Shown here: positions 12,966-25,251 of the stretch, piece after piece
Layout: every line of letters begins with the position of its first letter
Numbering within the stretch: position 1 is the first letter of the stretch
Source: Squalus acanthias
Taxonomy: Eukaryota
DNA: 64,000 nucleotides
Direction of reading: 5' to 3'
Assembly: GCA_030390025.1 (NCBI GenBank)
Contig: CM059432.1
Coordinates: 16,680,001 to 16,744,000, forward strand
Translations under genes and position numbers: made by a program
Notes under the pieces: model-generated
What the model was told of the DNA's origin: nothing
The model's input: only the letters and a program-made list of their open reading frames with translations
Database searches by the model: none

Positions 12966-14144
12966 AAATCCCACCATGGAAGTTTGTGAATTTGAATTCA
13001 GTTTAAAACACAATTAAATAAATCTGGAATAAAAAGCTGGTGATGGTGACCATGAAGCTATTGGATTGTCGTAAAACCCAACTGGTTCACTAATGTCCTT
13101 TACGGAAGGAAACCTGCCGTCCTTACTCGGTCTGGCGATGTGGTTGACTCTCAACTGCCCTCTGAAATCACCTAGTAAGCCACTCGCTAGTATTAAGCTG
13201 CTACAAAGAATAAACCGGACAGACCACTAAGCTGTGACATAGGCATCGGTTTCAGATACGACAAAGGCACACCCAGCACAGTCGACCCTGATAATTCCTC
13301 CTCACTAAATCTGGGGACTTGTGTCAAAGCTGGGGGAGCTGCCCCACAGACGAGTGAAGCAACAGCCTAGTCATACAGAATCATACCCATCAGCCAATGT
13401 CCCAGACTCCTCCATCACCAGCAGGACTGATCCACAAGAAGTGGCGGCACAGTCGGGAGGGCATTGCCCTGGGAGTCCTCAACATTGACTCTGGAACCCA
13501 TGAAGACTCATGGCATCAGGCCATTCAGCCCACTGTGTCTGTGCCGGCTCTTTGAAAGAGCTATCCAATTAGTATCACTCCACTGCTCATTTCCCAAGGA
13601 AACCTCCTGCCCTCCTACCACCCTCCAGTACTCCTCCAAGTTGAACGCCACTTGGAAGAGGCACTGAGTGTAACAAAGGCACAGAATGTATTCTGGGTGG
13701 AGGACATCAATGTGCATCACCAAGAGTGGTTCGGTAGTACCGCCATTGTCCAAGCCCAATCTGTGGCCTTGTCACAGATGCATCTGTCATGACAGAATTC
13801 GTCAGAGTGACAAAGTCCCATCTTCACACCGAGGACACCCTCCATTGTGGTGTGCGGCATTACCACCGTGCTAAATTAAGAACAGATCTGGCAGCTCAAA
13901 ACTGGGCACCCATGAGGCAGTTTGGGCCATCAGCAGCTGCAGAATTGTATTCCACCACAATTTGTAACCTCGTGGCCCAGCCTATCCCTCACTCTACCAT
14001 TACCATCAAGCCAGGGGACCAACCCTGGTTCAATGAGGAGTGTAGAAGAGCATGCCAGGAGTAGCACCAGGCGTACCTGAAAACGAGGTGCCAACCTGGG
14101 GAAGCTGCAACACAGGACTACATACATGCTAAACAGCGGAAGAC

Positions 14145-14816
14145 CAGTAGCGGGCAAAACACGGCCCAAGTGATGTCAGGTGACGAGTCATTGTCTTCGA
14201 GGCAGCAGGGTGTCTAGCAATGGGCCTTAAAGACGGGAGGCGAAGATACGGACAACGGAGGCTGAAGTGGACAGAAGGCAGCCAGGAGTCGCAGATTGGG
14301 CACGGTCCCCCCCAGGGGAGGGCCTTTTACTACGGTAGCGCGGCCCCATAACCAGTGGAGAGCGTGAATGCAGCAGCGAGGAGGGCACAGGCCCGTCCCC
14401 CCCAGCCCAGGCCCAACCCCCAGTAATGGGGTGATTGATGGATGATATCGGTTAACCTGTTATTAACTATCACCTAACTAATTAATGCAAAACTGATGCG
14501 TTTACTAATTAGCATTTTAATTATCTCAAATTTATTTATTTAACACCGATTTATACTAACTGATAATTAGTAAATTAGTAAACAGATTTATTCACTAACT
14601 TAACACCCTCTGCTCGTTAGGCAATTGGTGAGCAATTTAATTGTGCTCATTATTGTATTAATTACACAGCTATTAATTTAAAAGCTGCTGAGCGGCCTGT
14701 GCGGGACCTCCAGACCACTGCGCGTCCGCGCAGCTTAACGGGAACATTGGTGCGCGGCCCTCAACAGCTCACCAAAACTTAAGTGGCCCTCCAGCCCAAA
14801 TAATTGGCCACCCCTG
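14145..14816. mobile_element. Probable hAT/Charlie-type non-autonomous element nested in the LINE
   Basis: Ends CAGTAGCGGGCAAAACACGGCCC and (reverse complement) CAGGGGTGGCCAA resemble Charlie-type TIRs; LINE sequence resumes on both sides; no clear 8-bp TSD. Confidence 0.55.
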
Positions 14817-15570
14817 CTGCACACAGACGTAAGCAAGCCCACAACCAACAGATCAGATGTAAGCTCTGCAGTCCTGCCACATTCCGTCATGAATGGTGGT
14901 AGACAGCTAAACAACTACCTGGAGGAGGAGGCTCCATGAATATCTCCATCCTCAATGATGGCGGAGCCGACCACGCGAGTGCAAAAGACAAGGCTGAAGC
15001 ATTCGCAACCATCTTCAGCCAGAAGTGGCGAGCGGATGATGCACCTTGGCCTCTTCCTGAGGCCTCCACCATCGCAGATGCCAGTCTTCAGCCAATTCGA
15101 TTCACTCCATGTGCTATCAAGAAACGGTTGAGCGCACAGGATAGAGCAAAGGCTATGGGCCCCAAGCCAAGCTGTTCCAGTACAGCTACAACACTGACAT
15201 CTACCGACAAAGTGGAAAATTGTCCAGGTCTGTCCGATCGACAAAAAGCAGGACAAATCCAATCTAGCCAATTACCGCCCCATCAGCCTACTCTCAATCA
15301 TCAGCAATGTGATGGAAGGGGTCATCGACAGTGCTATTAAGCGGCACTTACTCACCAATAACCTGCTCACCGATGCTCAGTTTAGGTTCCACCAGGACCA
15401 CTTGGCTCCAGACCTCATTATAGCCTTTGGTCCAAACATGGACAAAAAAGAGTTGATTTCCAGAGGTGAGGTGAGAGTGACTGCCCTTGACATCAAGGCA
15501 GCATTTGAACAAGGGGCCCGAGCAAAACTGAAGTCAATGGGGATCAGGGCAAAATTTTCCACTGGCTGGA

Positions 15571-17275
15571 ATAAGAACATAAGAAATAGGAGCAGGAGTC
15601 GGCCATTTGGCCCCTCGAGCCTGCTCTGCCATTCAATAAGATCATGGCTGATCTTCTACCGCAACTCCATTTTCCTGCACTATCCCCATATCCCTTGATT
15701 CTCTTAATATCCAAAAATCTATCGATCTCTGTCTTGAATATACTCAATGACTGATCCTCCACAGCCCTCTGGGGTAGAGAATTCCAAAGATTCGCCACCC
15801 TCTGAGTGAAGAAATTTCTCCTCATCTTAGTCCTAAATGGCCGACCCCTTATTCTGAGACTGTGGCCCCTGGTTCTAAACTCCCCAGCCAGGGGAAACAT
15901 CCTCCCCGCATCTACCCTGTCAAGCCCTGTAAGAATTTTGTATGTTTCAATGAGATCACCTCTCATTCTTCTAAACACTAGAGAGTATAGGCCTAGTCTA
16001 CTCAATCTCTCCTCATAGGACAATCCCCCCATCCCAGGAATCAGTCTGGTGAACCTTGGTTGCACTCCCTCGATGGCAATTCTATCCTTCCTTAGGTAAG
16101 GAGACCAAAACTGTACACAATACTCCAGGTGTGGTCTCACCAGGGCCCTATATAATTGCAGTAAGACGTCTTTACTCTTATACTCAAATCCTCTTGTAAT
16201 AAAGGCCAACATACCATTTGCTTTCCTAATTGCTTGCTGTACCTGCATGTTAACTTTCAGTGATTCGTGTACAAGGACACCCAGGTCCCTCTGAACACCA
16301 ACATTTCCCAATCTCTCACTATTTAAAAAATACTCTTGATTTTCTATTTTTCCTACCAAAGTGGATAACTTCTGATGAAAGGTCATCGACCTGAAACGTT
16401 AACTCTCTTTCTCTCTCCACGGATGCTGCCTGGCCTGCTGAGTTTTTCCAGCGTTTTCTGTTGTTATTTTGGATAACTTCACATTTCTCCACATTATATT
16501 CCATTTGCCATGTTCTTGCCCACTCACTTAGTCTGTCTATATCGTCTTGAAGAATCTTTGTATCCTCCTCACAACTTACATTCCCAACCAGCTTTGTATA
16601 ATCAGCCAACTTGGATATATTACAGTTGGTTCCCTTATCCAAATCATTGATGTAGATTGTGAATAGCTAAGGCCCAAGCACTGATCCTTGCGGTACCCCA
16701 CTGGTTACAGCCTGCCAACCTGAAAATGACCCATTTATTCCTGCTCTGTTTTCTGTCTGTTAACCAATCCTCAATACATGCTAATATATTACCCCAATCC
16801 CATGAGCCCTAATTTTGTTTAATAACCTCGTGTGGCACCTTATCGAATGCCTTCTGAAAATCCAAATACACCACATCCACTGGTTCCCCCTTATCTATTC
16901 TGATAGTTACAACCTCAAAAAATTCTAACAGATTCGTTAAACATGATTTCCCTTTCATAAATCCGTGTTGACTCTGCCCAATCCTATTATTATTTTCCAA
17001 GTGCCCTGTTACCACGTACTTAATAACAGATTCTAGCATTTTCCCTACTACTGATGTTAGGCTAACTGGTCTGTAGTTCCCCGTTTTCTCTCTCCCTCCT
17101 TTCTTAAATAGTGGGGTTAGATTTGCTACCTTCCAATCCGCGGGAACCGTTCTAGAATCAATGGAATTTTGGAAGATGACAACCAATACATCCACTATCT
17201 CTATAGCCACCTCTTTCAAAACCCTAGGATGTAGGCCATCAGGTCCAGGGCATTTATCGGCTTTCAGTCTCATTA
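15571..17275 (-). mobile_element. CR1 LINE, 5'-truncated, nested in the host LINE
   Basis: ORFs 16809-17273 (PGPDGLHPRVLKE, YRPVSLTS), 16319-16642 and 15544-16386; CR1 tail at 15571-15590. Confidence 0.93.
16373..16469 (+). mobile_element. 97-bp Penelope-type hammerhead-bearing insert
   Basis: (C)TGATGA-A-AGGTC(atc)GACCT-GAAA-CG-TT; 11-bp TSD TGGATAACTTC (16362-16372, 16470-16480). Confidence 0.85.
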
Positions 17276-19333
17276 ATCGTACCTAGCACAAAGGAAGATG
17301 GTTGTGGTTGTTGGAGGCCAATCATCTCAGCCCCAGGACACCACTGGAGGAGTTCCTCAGGGCAGTGTCTTCGGTCCAACCATCTTCAGCTGCTTCATCA
17401 ACGACCTTCCCCCCCATCATGATCAGTTCCATTCGCAATTCCTCAGATAATGAGGCAGTCCATGCCCGCATGCAACAAGACTTGGACAACATCCAGGCTT
17501 GGGCTGGTAAGTGGCAAATAACATTCGCGCCACACAAGTGTCAGGCAATGCCATCTCCAACAAGAGAGAGTCTAACTACCTCCCCATGACATTCAATGGC
17601 ATTACCATTGTCAAATCCCCCACCATCACATCCTGGGTGTCACCGTCGATCAAAAACTTAACAGGACCAGCCACATAAATACTGTGGCTACAAGGTCAGA
17701 GGCTGAGTATTCTGCAGCATGTGACTCACCAAAACCTTTCCACCATTGACAAGGCACAAATCAGGAGTGTGATGGAATACTCTTCACTTGCCTGGATGAG
17801 TGCAACTCTAACAACACTCAAGAAGCTCGATATCATTCAAGATAAAGCAGTCTGCTTGATCAGCACCCCGTCCACCACCTTATACATTCACTCCCTCCAC
17901 CACCAGCGCACCATGGCTGCAGTGTGTACCATCTACAAGATGCACTGCAGTAACTTACCAAGGCTTCCTCGACAGCACCTCCCAAACCCGCGATCTCTAC
18001 CACATAGAAGGACAAGGGCAGCCAGCAGGCGCATGGGAACACCACCGCCACTAAGTTCCTCTCCAAGTCACACACCATCCTGACTTGGAAATATATTGCC
18101 ATTCCTTCATCGTCGCTGGGTCAAAATCCTGGAACTCCCTACTTAACTGCACTGTGGGAGTACCTTCACCACACGGACTGCAACGGTTCAAGATGGTGGC
18201 TCACCACCACTTTCTCAAGGGCATGTAGGGATGGGCAATAAATGCTGGCCTTGCCAGTGATGCCCACATCCCATGAATGAATAAATATTTTTTTTTTCAT
18301 AAAAGTTCATGGCCTCTTGATCTCTTCTATTCCCTCCATTCAGTCATCCATTCACATGATACTTTTCAGTTCACACTTTTTAAAGTCACAAATTCCTATT
18401 CAGTACATCACATTCAGAAGTGCAGCAAAACAGTCAATAGCTGAAGTCAAAACTAAGTATCCATATGCAGTGTCTAGATTACATTAATTTTGGCGCACAG
18501 TTTAGTCAACTTCATATTTTACCTACAGGTCTACAGCAACATAACTTTTTGACTTCTGGTACAAGTTATGAGATAAAAGCTGCCCTGTTAGTGAACCTAC
18601 TTAAGATCACTCACTAAATAATTGAAATGATTTTATTTTGGCAGAATTTTGGTATTAACCTTAGGAAAGGTACCACTTTTCAAACAACTGAAAGGGCTCT
18701 GCAAATATGTTATCCTTCAAATAAACCTATCCCTACAACGAGCAGTTACTGTAGTCCTGTTGTATCGCCTTTCACAACCTCAGGACGTCCCATAGCGCTT
18801 CATAATGAATGAAGTACTTTAGAAGTGTAGTCTCTGTACATGACTCGTAGACTTTTCTTTTTTTTTTAAGTATTTCACTCCAAAAGAAACACACAGGTCA
18901 TATCTTATCTTGACTAGACTGTTGCATAACATTGCTAATAAAGAGCATCCCAAAACAACTCTATTGAATGCAATAGTTCAAGACTAGCCAGAGATCCAGT
19001 CTAGAACTGCATGACCTTGGGAAACCATGCAAGTGAATGGGTGTTTTGCATTCCCAGCCAGTAGTGTGGTTTCTGTGGTTGGCTGGCTCCAGGTTGGCTC
19101 TCAGATCATGCCAAAGTTCAGGCTGCTATTACTTTCAATGGAGCTGCTACAGTACAATCCTTCTGACCTCAATGAGCAACTCAAAGGGGATTTCCGTGGA
19201 GGTAAACCATTGATGATTTAAAAACTCAACAAAATATTTTATAGCAATATCATACCTATAATCTATATCAGCACACCTAGTCAACTTTTGCTATTATAAA
19301 TTCGTATTTCCACATTTATAATAGAAACTGCTT

Positions 19334-19418
19334 ACTTGTCATACTGTAATTACACTCTCCTCGTAGAAGTGGTGCATCACCACCACTGGTGGGAGGTTGT
19401 CATTACAGTACGACAAGT
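19334..19418 (-). other. Long RNA hairpin overlapping a candidate cassette exon (19336-19433)
   Basis: 17-bp outer stem (one G-U), further ACA/UGU and CUCC/GGAG pairs, and a 7-bp inner stem AGUGGUG/CACCACU. Confidence 0.7.
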
Positions 19419-20461
19419 TGCCATAGCCAATTTCTAGTAGAAATGTGGATAAATAAATTTAGAATACAAATATAAAATTAAGGTCAGAATGAATGACTTT
19501 AAATGGGAACTTAATTATGTGCACTCATGGATATATGATTACTTTGAATAAAAAGTACTGGCTCTATATTTTTCTTCCCCTTTCAGATTTTAAAAGCTGA
19601 AATCTGCCTAAAAATTTATCATTTTAATTTCCTAATTAAAGCATCATGCCTCATAAAAACAAAAGCTTGCTTTTAGTTAGCCAAGATGATAGTAAAACAA
19701 ATAATGACACCATAACCAAAGTATCATCTATAATTTGGATTTTGGATTGCACATTATAGGTTTAATATGCTGTACAGAATATCTATGCAAAGTCTCTCAC
19801 TGAATTACCAATGTCAGGCATGCCATTGTGGGCAAGTACAAGAAGCCATGTGCTTCCCAGGAGGGACTGAGGAGAAACTGGAAGGGCATGTCTCCTGAGC
19901 TCAATCTTGCACTTTGATGCCACTAGCTGTACAGCAATATTAGCAGAGGCATGGAAGTAAATTGCAAGTCTGCCTTTTCAGTTGCAAACAGTATGATGAA
20001 TGAAAACCACGAAAGCTTATGAAGCACACTCCTTTGCCTATTTGTTTAAATGCTTCCAATCCCTTTAAAATACTATATCTCCTTGCTCCAGATCTCTCAG
20101 TGCAATGTCATCAATAAATCTTCTAATTTTACAGACAGTATCTTTTTTCACATCATTGAACTATGAATAAGAGCAGAGAATCCATAAAGTCCACCGAAAA
20201 TGCCACAAACCACCATCTCTCAGTCGGAATGCATTCCCAAAGCATCTACTTCATAGAAGCAGCTCATTTGATAATAAATATCTTGCACATCTTGGCCAAT
20301 AGTTGAATTCTAAATCTCCATTGGGACATTTTATTTATCCTGAATTTTCATTTTGCTTGCTTGCGTAAACATTAGCACATGTATAAGCACCAGATGATGA
20401 TGATGCACAGACCCTACCAAGGAGGGAAACTGTACTGAAGTTTTCATCCAAATAGGCTTAC

Positions 20462-20516
20462 CTTTACTGAATCCAACAGGCTCTTGGGAAAAAATCTCTT
20501 CAAACCCACATCCTTT
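20462..20516 (-). CDS. PTK2: PTK2/FAK coding exon ((E)KDVGLKRFFPKSLLDSVK)
   Basis: Minus strand: tttttaacag|AAAGGAT...GTAAAG|gtaagc; 55 nt, phase 2/0; peptide same as recalled human FAK. Confidence 0.97.
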
Positions 20517-20849
20517 CTGTTAAAAATAAATGAAATGTGTATATAATTTTTAGTACAATTTTACAGTCCTTGTTTATTGACCTACAATTACAAAAACAGG
20601 CGTTAAAATCATTATTCCACGAGCTACAAAGTTAAAGTTTATATTTTTCTGTAAATCATGGCAATAACATTACATCATTCAATCAAACATGCCTTTTTGT
20701 ACATAAAAGTGCATGCCTTCCTTTGTACGTATTGCATAGAATAACTAACAGCATCACTCATGGTACTACAGTGAACAGGAAGGGTCCTCATTATTCCTAC
20801 TCAACTGTAAAGCATTTATAACAGAATATCACTGCTCACAAGACTGCTC

Positions 20850-21735
20850 ACTGCTTGTTAAGAAGACGGAAGCCCGTGGAATTAATTATGGTGGTATGGA
20901 GACGGAATTGGCTCAGTAACAAGAAGCAGAGGGTAGTGGTGGTGGATGGATGTTTTTCAGACTGGGTGGTGGTTTGCAGTAGTGTTCCCCAAGGGTCAGT
21001 TTTGGGTCCATTACTCTTTTCAATCGTTCAGAAAACAACCTAGACTTGGGTATAGGAAACTTGGCATCGTGGTAGATAGTGATGAGGATAGTTGTAGACT
21101 GCAGGATGACAGCCAGGATAGTGAAATGGGCAGAAGCATGGCAGATGGCGTACAATGCAAAGAAATGTGAAGTGATGCACTTTGGGAGGACTAATATGGA
21201 AAGACAGCACACTATAAATGGCAGGATTTTGAAAAGTGTAGATGAGCAGAGATACCTTGTGTCCACATACACAAATCCTTAAAGGTGGCAGGGCAAGTTG
21301 ATAAGGTGGTTAAAAAAGCATATGGATTACTTGGATTTATAAATAGAGGCATTGAATATAAAAGCAGAGAGATCATGCTAGAACTTTAGAGAGCTGGGGG
21401 GAGGGGGGCGGAGTGGGGTAGCCAGAGATATTAATGAGGTTAGGCCTCAGTTGGAGTATTGTGCACAATTCTGGGCACCACGCTTCAGGAATGACGTAAA
21501 GGCCTTAGAAAGGGTACAGAGGTTTACCAGGATGTTACCAGAGATGAGGGACTTCAATGAAGAGGGTTGGAAAATCTAGGACTGTGCTCCTTGGAAGAGA
21601 AAGTTAAGAGGTGATATAATAGAGGTTTTCAAGATGATGCGAGGTTTTGATAAAGTAGGTAAACACTATTCCCTCTAGTGAATGGGTCAATAACCAGAGG
21701 TCATAGATTGAAAATCATTAGCAAAAGATCTAGGC
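20850..21735 (+). mobile_element. Degenerate CR1 fragment
   Basis: VPQGSVLGPLLF and WQMAYNAKKCEVMHFG. Confidence 0.85.
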
Positions 21736-23077
21736 CAGGCAGGGAGTGGGGAAGCCAGAGATATTAATGATAGTCAAAAAATAGGGAAATGTAGGTTCTG
21801 TTCGGGGCCAAAGAAGATGGCTTCAGCTTTGCTGATACTAAACTGAAGGAAGGAAAATTTGGCTTAGGCAGTTGGAGGCCAGCACCTTTGGACTGATACT
21901 AAGGCTGATGATTAATATATTTCTTCCTGAGCTACACATTTTAATACCCGTTTCTGAGGAGGAATACAAATTATTATTCGCAGTTCAATGACAGCTTGTG
22001 AAGTCTTTACTGGGTTTCCTTTGTGTTGAGATATAAACTGCCTGCCAAAAGGCAATAGGGAAATATTACTCCAAATACTATAATCTATTTGCATTACATG
22101 CAGCTATTCTATCATTCTCTGAATGGAGGTAAGATAGAGCCTTCCATATCTTGACAAAATAGGACATAAACATAATACTACACAATTTTGCATTATCCAT
22201 TTCATAAAGCAGCAAAAGTTGTGGAATCAAAAATGTAACCTTCTTCATGCTGAACGTCCTTAGCCTTTTTTGGTGACGGTATGCATGCACCTCTGAATCT
22301 TTAAGCTTATTTTTACCTTCCTTTTGCTTAAGATTTGCCAGGAAATGCATCAACTCTAGCGAGCCTGAACCAATGCCACACTTCGATTATTCATCAGGAG
22401 ATGCCTGCCCGCCCACTTAGCACCTGCCTATTCAGTCTAACTTAGATCAGAAACTCATGGGAGTGGGGAAGTGAATCCATGTCTCTGTACTCCGCAGTGC
22501 TTCAAAAGTTGAGGGCCATCCAGTCTCGTATTTAAAATAAATCCATTTTCTCCTCTACAACGCAAGTTAAAAAAAAATCCACCTATTGCTAATAAAAGGT
22601 AAATTTGTGAAAGCCAGATTATCAGAACAGTTAGTTCACAGTGTAACTGGAATTTCTGTGATCTGTACTGTGTATTTATTATTGGCAATGTTAGTCAACT
22701 GTAAATATTCTACAAGGATGAAAGGATACTTTATATTCAATGAAACAAAAATACACAAGACTTTTTGGAAACTACACTGGATACTTTACCTAATGAAAGG
22801 ACCTATGCTAGCCTGAAAACATGTACAATTCACAATTAATGTTACCTCAATAAAAAGGATCCCACTGGGAATGCAGATTTGATCCTTCACTACTCTTGGG
22901 TTACGTATCTTAGCTGCACCATGTATGGGAGAAAGGTGCAGGAAAAAGAAGGTATGCACCAAGAAGAGATTTCCCAACTGCTCATCACCTGACAGCCAGC
23001 CACAGCAGTATTGACAGTGGTCTAGGCGAGGTCATATATCTCATCCTCTGATATGCAGAAAGTGTGCATCCTCATTG

Positions 23078-24662
23078 GATGGAACACAACCTAAAAAATA
23101 CATTTGGTTTGGTTACATCTGGATTTCAGAAAGGAAGATCATACTTGACAAACCTGATCAAGTTCTTTGAAGAGTTGACAGATATAGTGGATGGAGGAAA
23201 TGCAGTGGATGTGGTGTACATGGACCTTCATGACAAGGTACCACACAGGAGATGATTAGAGAAGATTAAGTGGAATGGAATTAGAGGGAGGGTAGCAAAT
23301 TGGATTAAAAACTGGTTAGAAGGGAAGAAACAGTTAAAGGCTGTTTCTCAGAGTGATTGGAAGTGGGTAGCTGTGTCCCACAGAGTTCTGCTCTGGGACT
23401 ACTTCTGTTTACTATGTACCTCAATGATTTGGATATAGGACTTAAAGGATTGCTATTCAAATTTGCTATTGTTACTAAAATTTGAGACATAATAAATAAA
23501 GCTGTATAATGTGGAAGAGCAGAGAGATTTGGGGGTTCAGGTTCACAAGACATTAAATCAGCACCTCATGCTAACGGAATACTAGGTTTTATTACAAGAG
23601 ATATAGAATATAAAAGTCGAGATGCAATGTTGAATCTATATAAAACCGTAGCACATTGGAGTACTATGTGCAGTTTTGGGCTCCACACTATCGGAATGAT
23701 GCTGAGGAAACAGAAAGGGCACACAATGCAGATTCAATAGGATGCTATAAAAACAGAAAATGCTGGAAGTACTCAGCAGGTTAAGGCAGCATCTGTGGAG
23801 AGGGAAACAGAGTTAACATTTCAGGTCGATGACCTTTCGTCAGAACTGAAAAAAGTTAGAGATGTAAAAGATTTTAAGCAAGTGACTAGGCAGGGAAAGG
23901 GGATGGGGAGGAAAGAACAAAAGGGAAGGTCTGTGATGGGGTGGAAGGCAGGAGAGATTAAATGACAAATGGTATGATTGTACAAAGCAAAAGGACAGTG
24001 GAGCCATTACCATCTCCATCCCATCGCAGACCTTCCCTTTTGTTCTTTCCTCCCCTCCCCACTTTCCCTGCCCTTGCTTAAAATCTGTTACATCTCTAAG
24101 TTTTTCCAGTTCTGCTGAAGGGTCATCAATCTGAAACGTTAACTCTGTTTCTCTCTCCACAGATGCTGCCTGACCTGCTGAGTATTTCCAGCATTTTCTG
24201 TTTTTATTTCAGATTTCCAGCTTCCGCAGTATTTTGTTTCTTTAGAATGCTGATTGGTACGAGGAAATACAAGTACGAAAAAAAGTCTTGAAAATTGGGG
24301 TTGTTTTCATTGGAACAAAGAGATTTTGGGGTTATTTGATCGAGGTATTTCAAATTTTGAACAGATTGGACAGAGTAGATACAAAATAAACTGTTTCCAG
24401 TGATTGAGGAGTCTAGAACAAGGGGACATAGATAAGATTAAATGCAAGAGCTTTAGGACTGAAAGCAGGAGAACCTTGCTTTACACAGAGGAAATAGAGT
24501 TAAGTGATTGAAGTAGAGACCATGTCAACATTTAAGAATAGGTTAGATAGGTGGTTGAAGGAACAGCATATAAGGTGATGAGGACTGCTGCTTGCATGGA
24601 GGATATACACCAACACAAACTGGTCAGGCCGAGCAGCCTGTTTTCATGTTGTAATTCTATTT
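23078..24662 (+). mobile_element. Old CR1 fragment interrupted by a Penelope-type insert
   Basis: GFQKGRSYLTNLIKFFEE...DKVPHRR; CR1-like tail near 24600-24660. Confidence 0.8.
23747..24242. mobile_element. Inverted pair of Penelope-type hammerhead pLTR fragments
   Basis: ~23750-23945 and ~24012-24210 are imperfect reverse complements, each with a CUGNNGA...GAAA motif; flanked by TAGGATGCT/TAGAATGCT. Confidence 0.8.
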
Positions 24663-24835
24663 AATTCTGGTTTGATAGCAAAATGATTATTACACAAGCA
24701 TGAAAGTTTATGCAGTGAACCAACAATTACATGGAAAGGATACTCTTTCCTCTATTTCCAAAATAACTGTAAAATTGTAATTTTCCATGTGTAAAGCCTT
24801 TTTTTGGGTTGAAAAAGCTTATTTCAATCACTACA

Positions 24836-25040
24836 GTCATAGAATAGTACAGCACAGAAGGAATCCATTCGAAGAGCAATCCAGTCAGTCCCACTCCCCG
24901 CTCTTGCCACATTTCCCTGCAATTTTTTCTCCTTCAAGTATTTATCCAATTCCCTTTTGAAAGCTACTGCTGAATCTGTTCCCACCACCCTATCAGGCAC
25001 AGCGCATTCAAAATCCTAACCACTCACTGCGTAAAAAAAC
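24836..25040 (-). mobile_element. CR1 3' end fragment
   Basis: Reverse complement resembles the CR1 3' UTR at 12760-12965. Confidence 0.7.
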
Positions 25041-25251
25041 AAGCCCTTTAACTTTGCAGTTTTGCTGGATTGCTCCAGCTGAGCATGTTGCTGAATTGGT
25101 TTATGTTACATATTATTGTTTAGAGATAATACAAGTGAGTATTAGTCATTAATAAAGTGAAGTATTTAACATTTTTAGCTCTCCTCTACTTCATTTTCTA
25201 GCTTATACTTACATATCAACAACCCTCTGTTACATCGCAACTCTTCATCTG

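Larger units (their letters stand above)
12289..18290 (+). mobile_element. Near full-length degenerate single-ORF APE-RT LINE (clade not determined; provisionally RTEX/Jockey-group-like) with nested insertions
   Basis: APE start ~13296, KPGDQPWFNEEC, ALDIKAAF, PQGS, KAQIRSVMEYSSLAW; 3' end gccttgccagtgatgcccacatcccatgaatgaataaa; tRNA-like head at 12289-12345/12970-12976. Confidence 0.8.

Noticed and set aside
19800..19950. Possible ancient SINE or conserved element near the hairpin
   Set aside because: Only vague resemblance; cannot be supported without a Dfam search.
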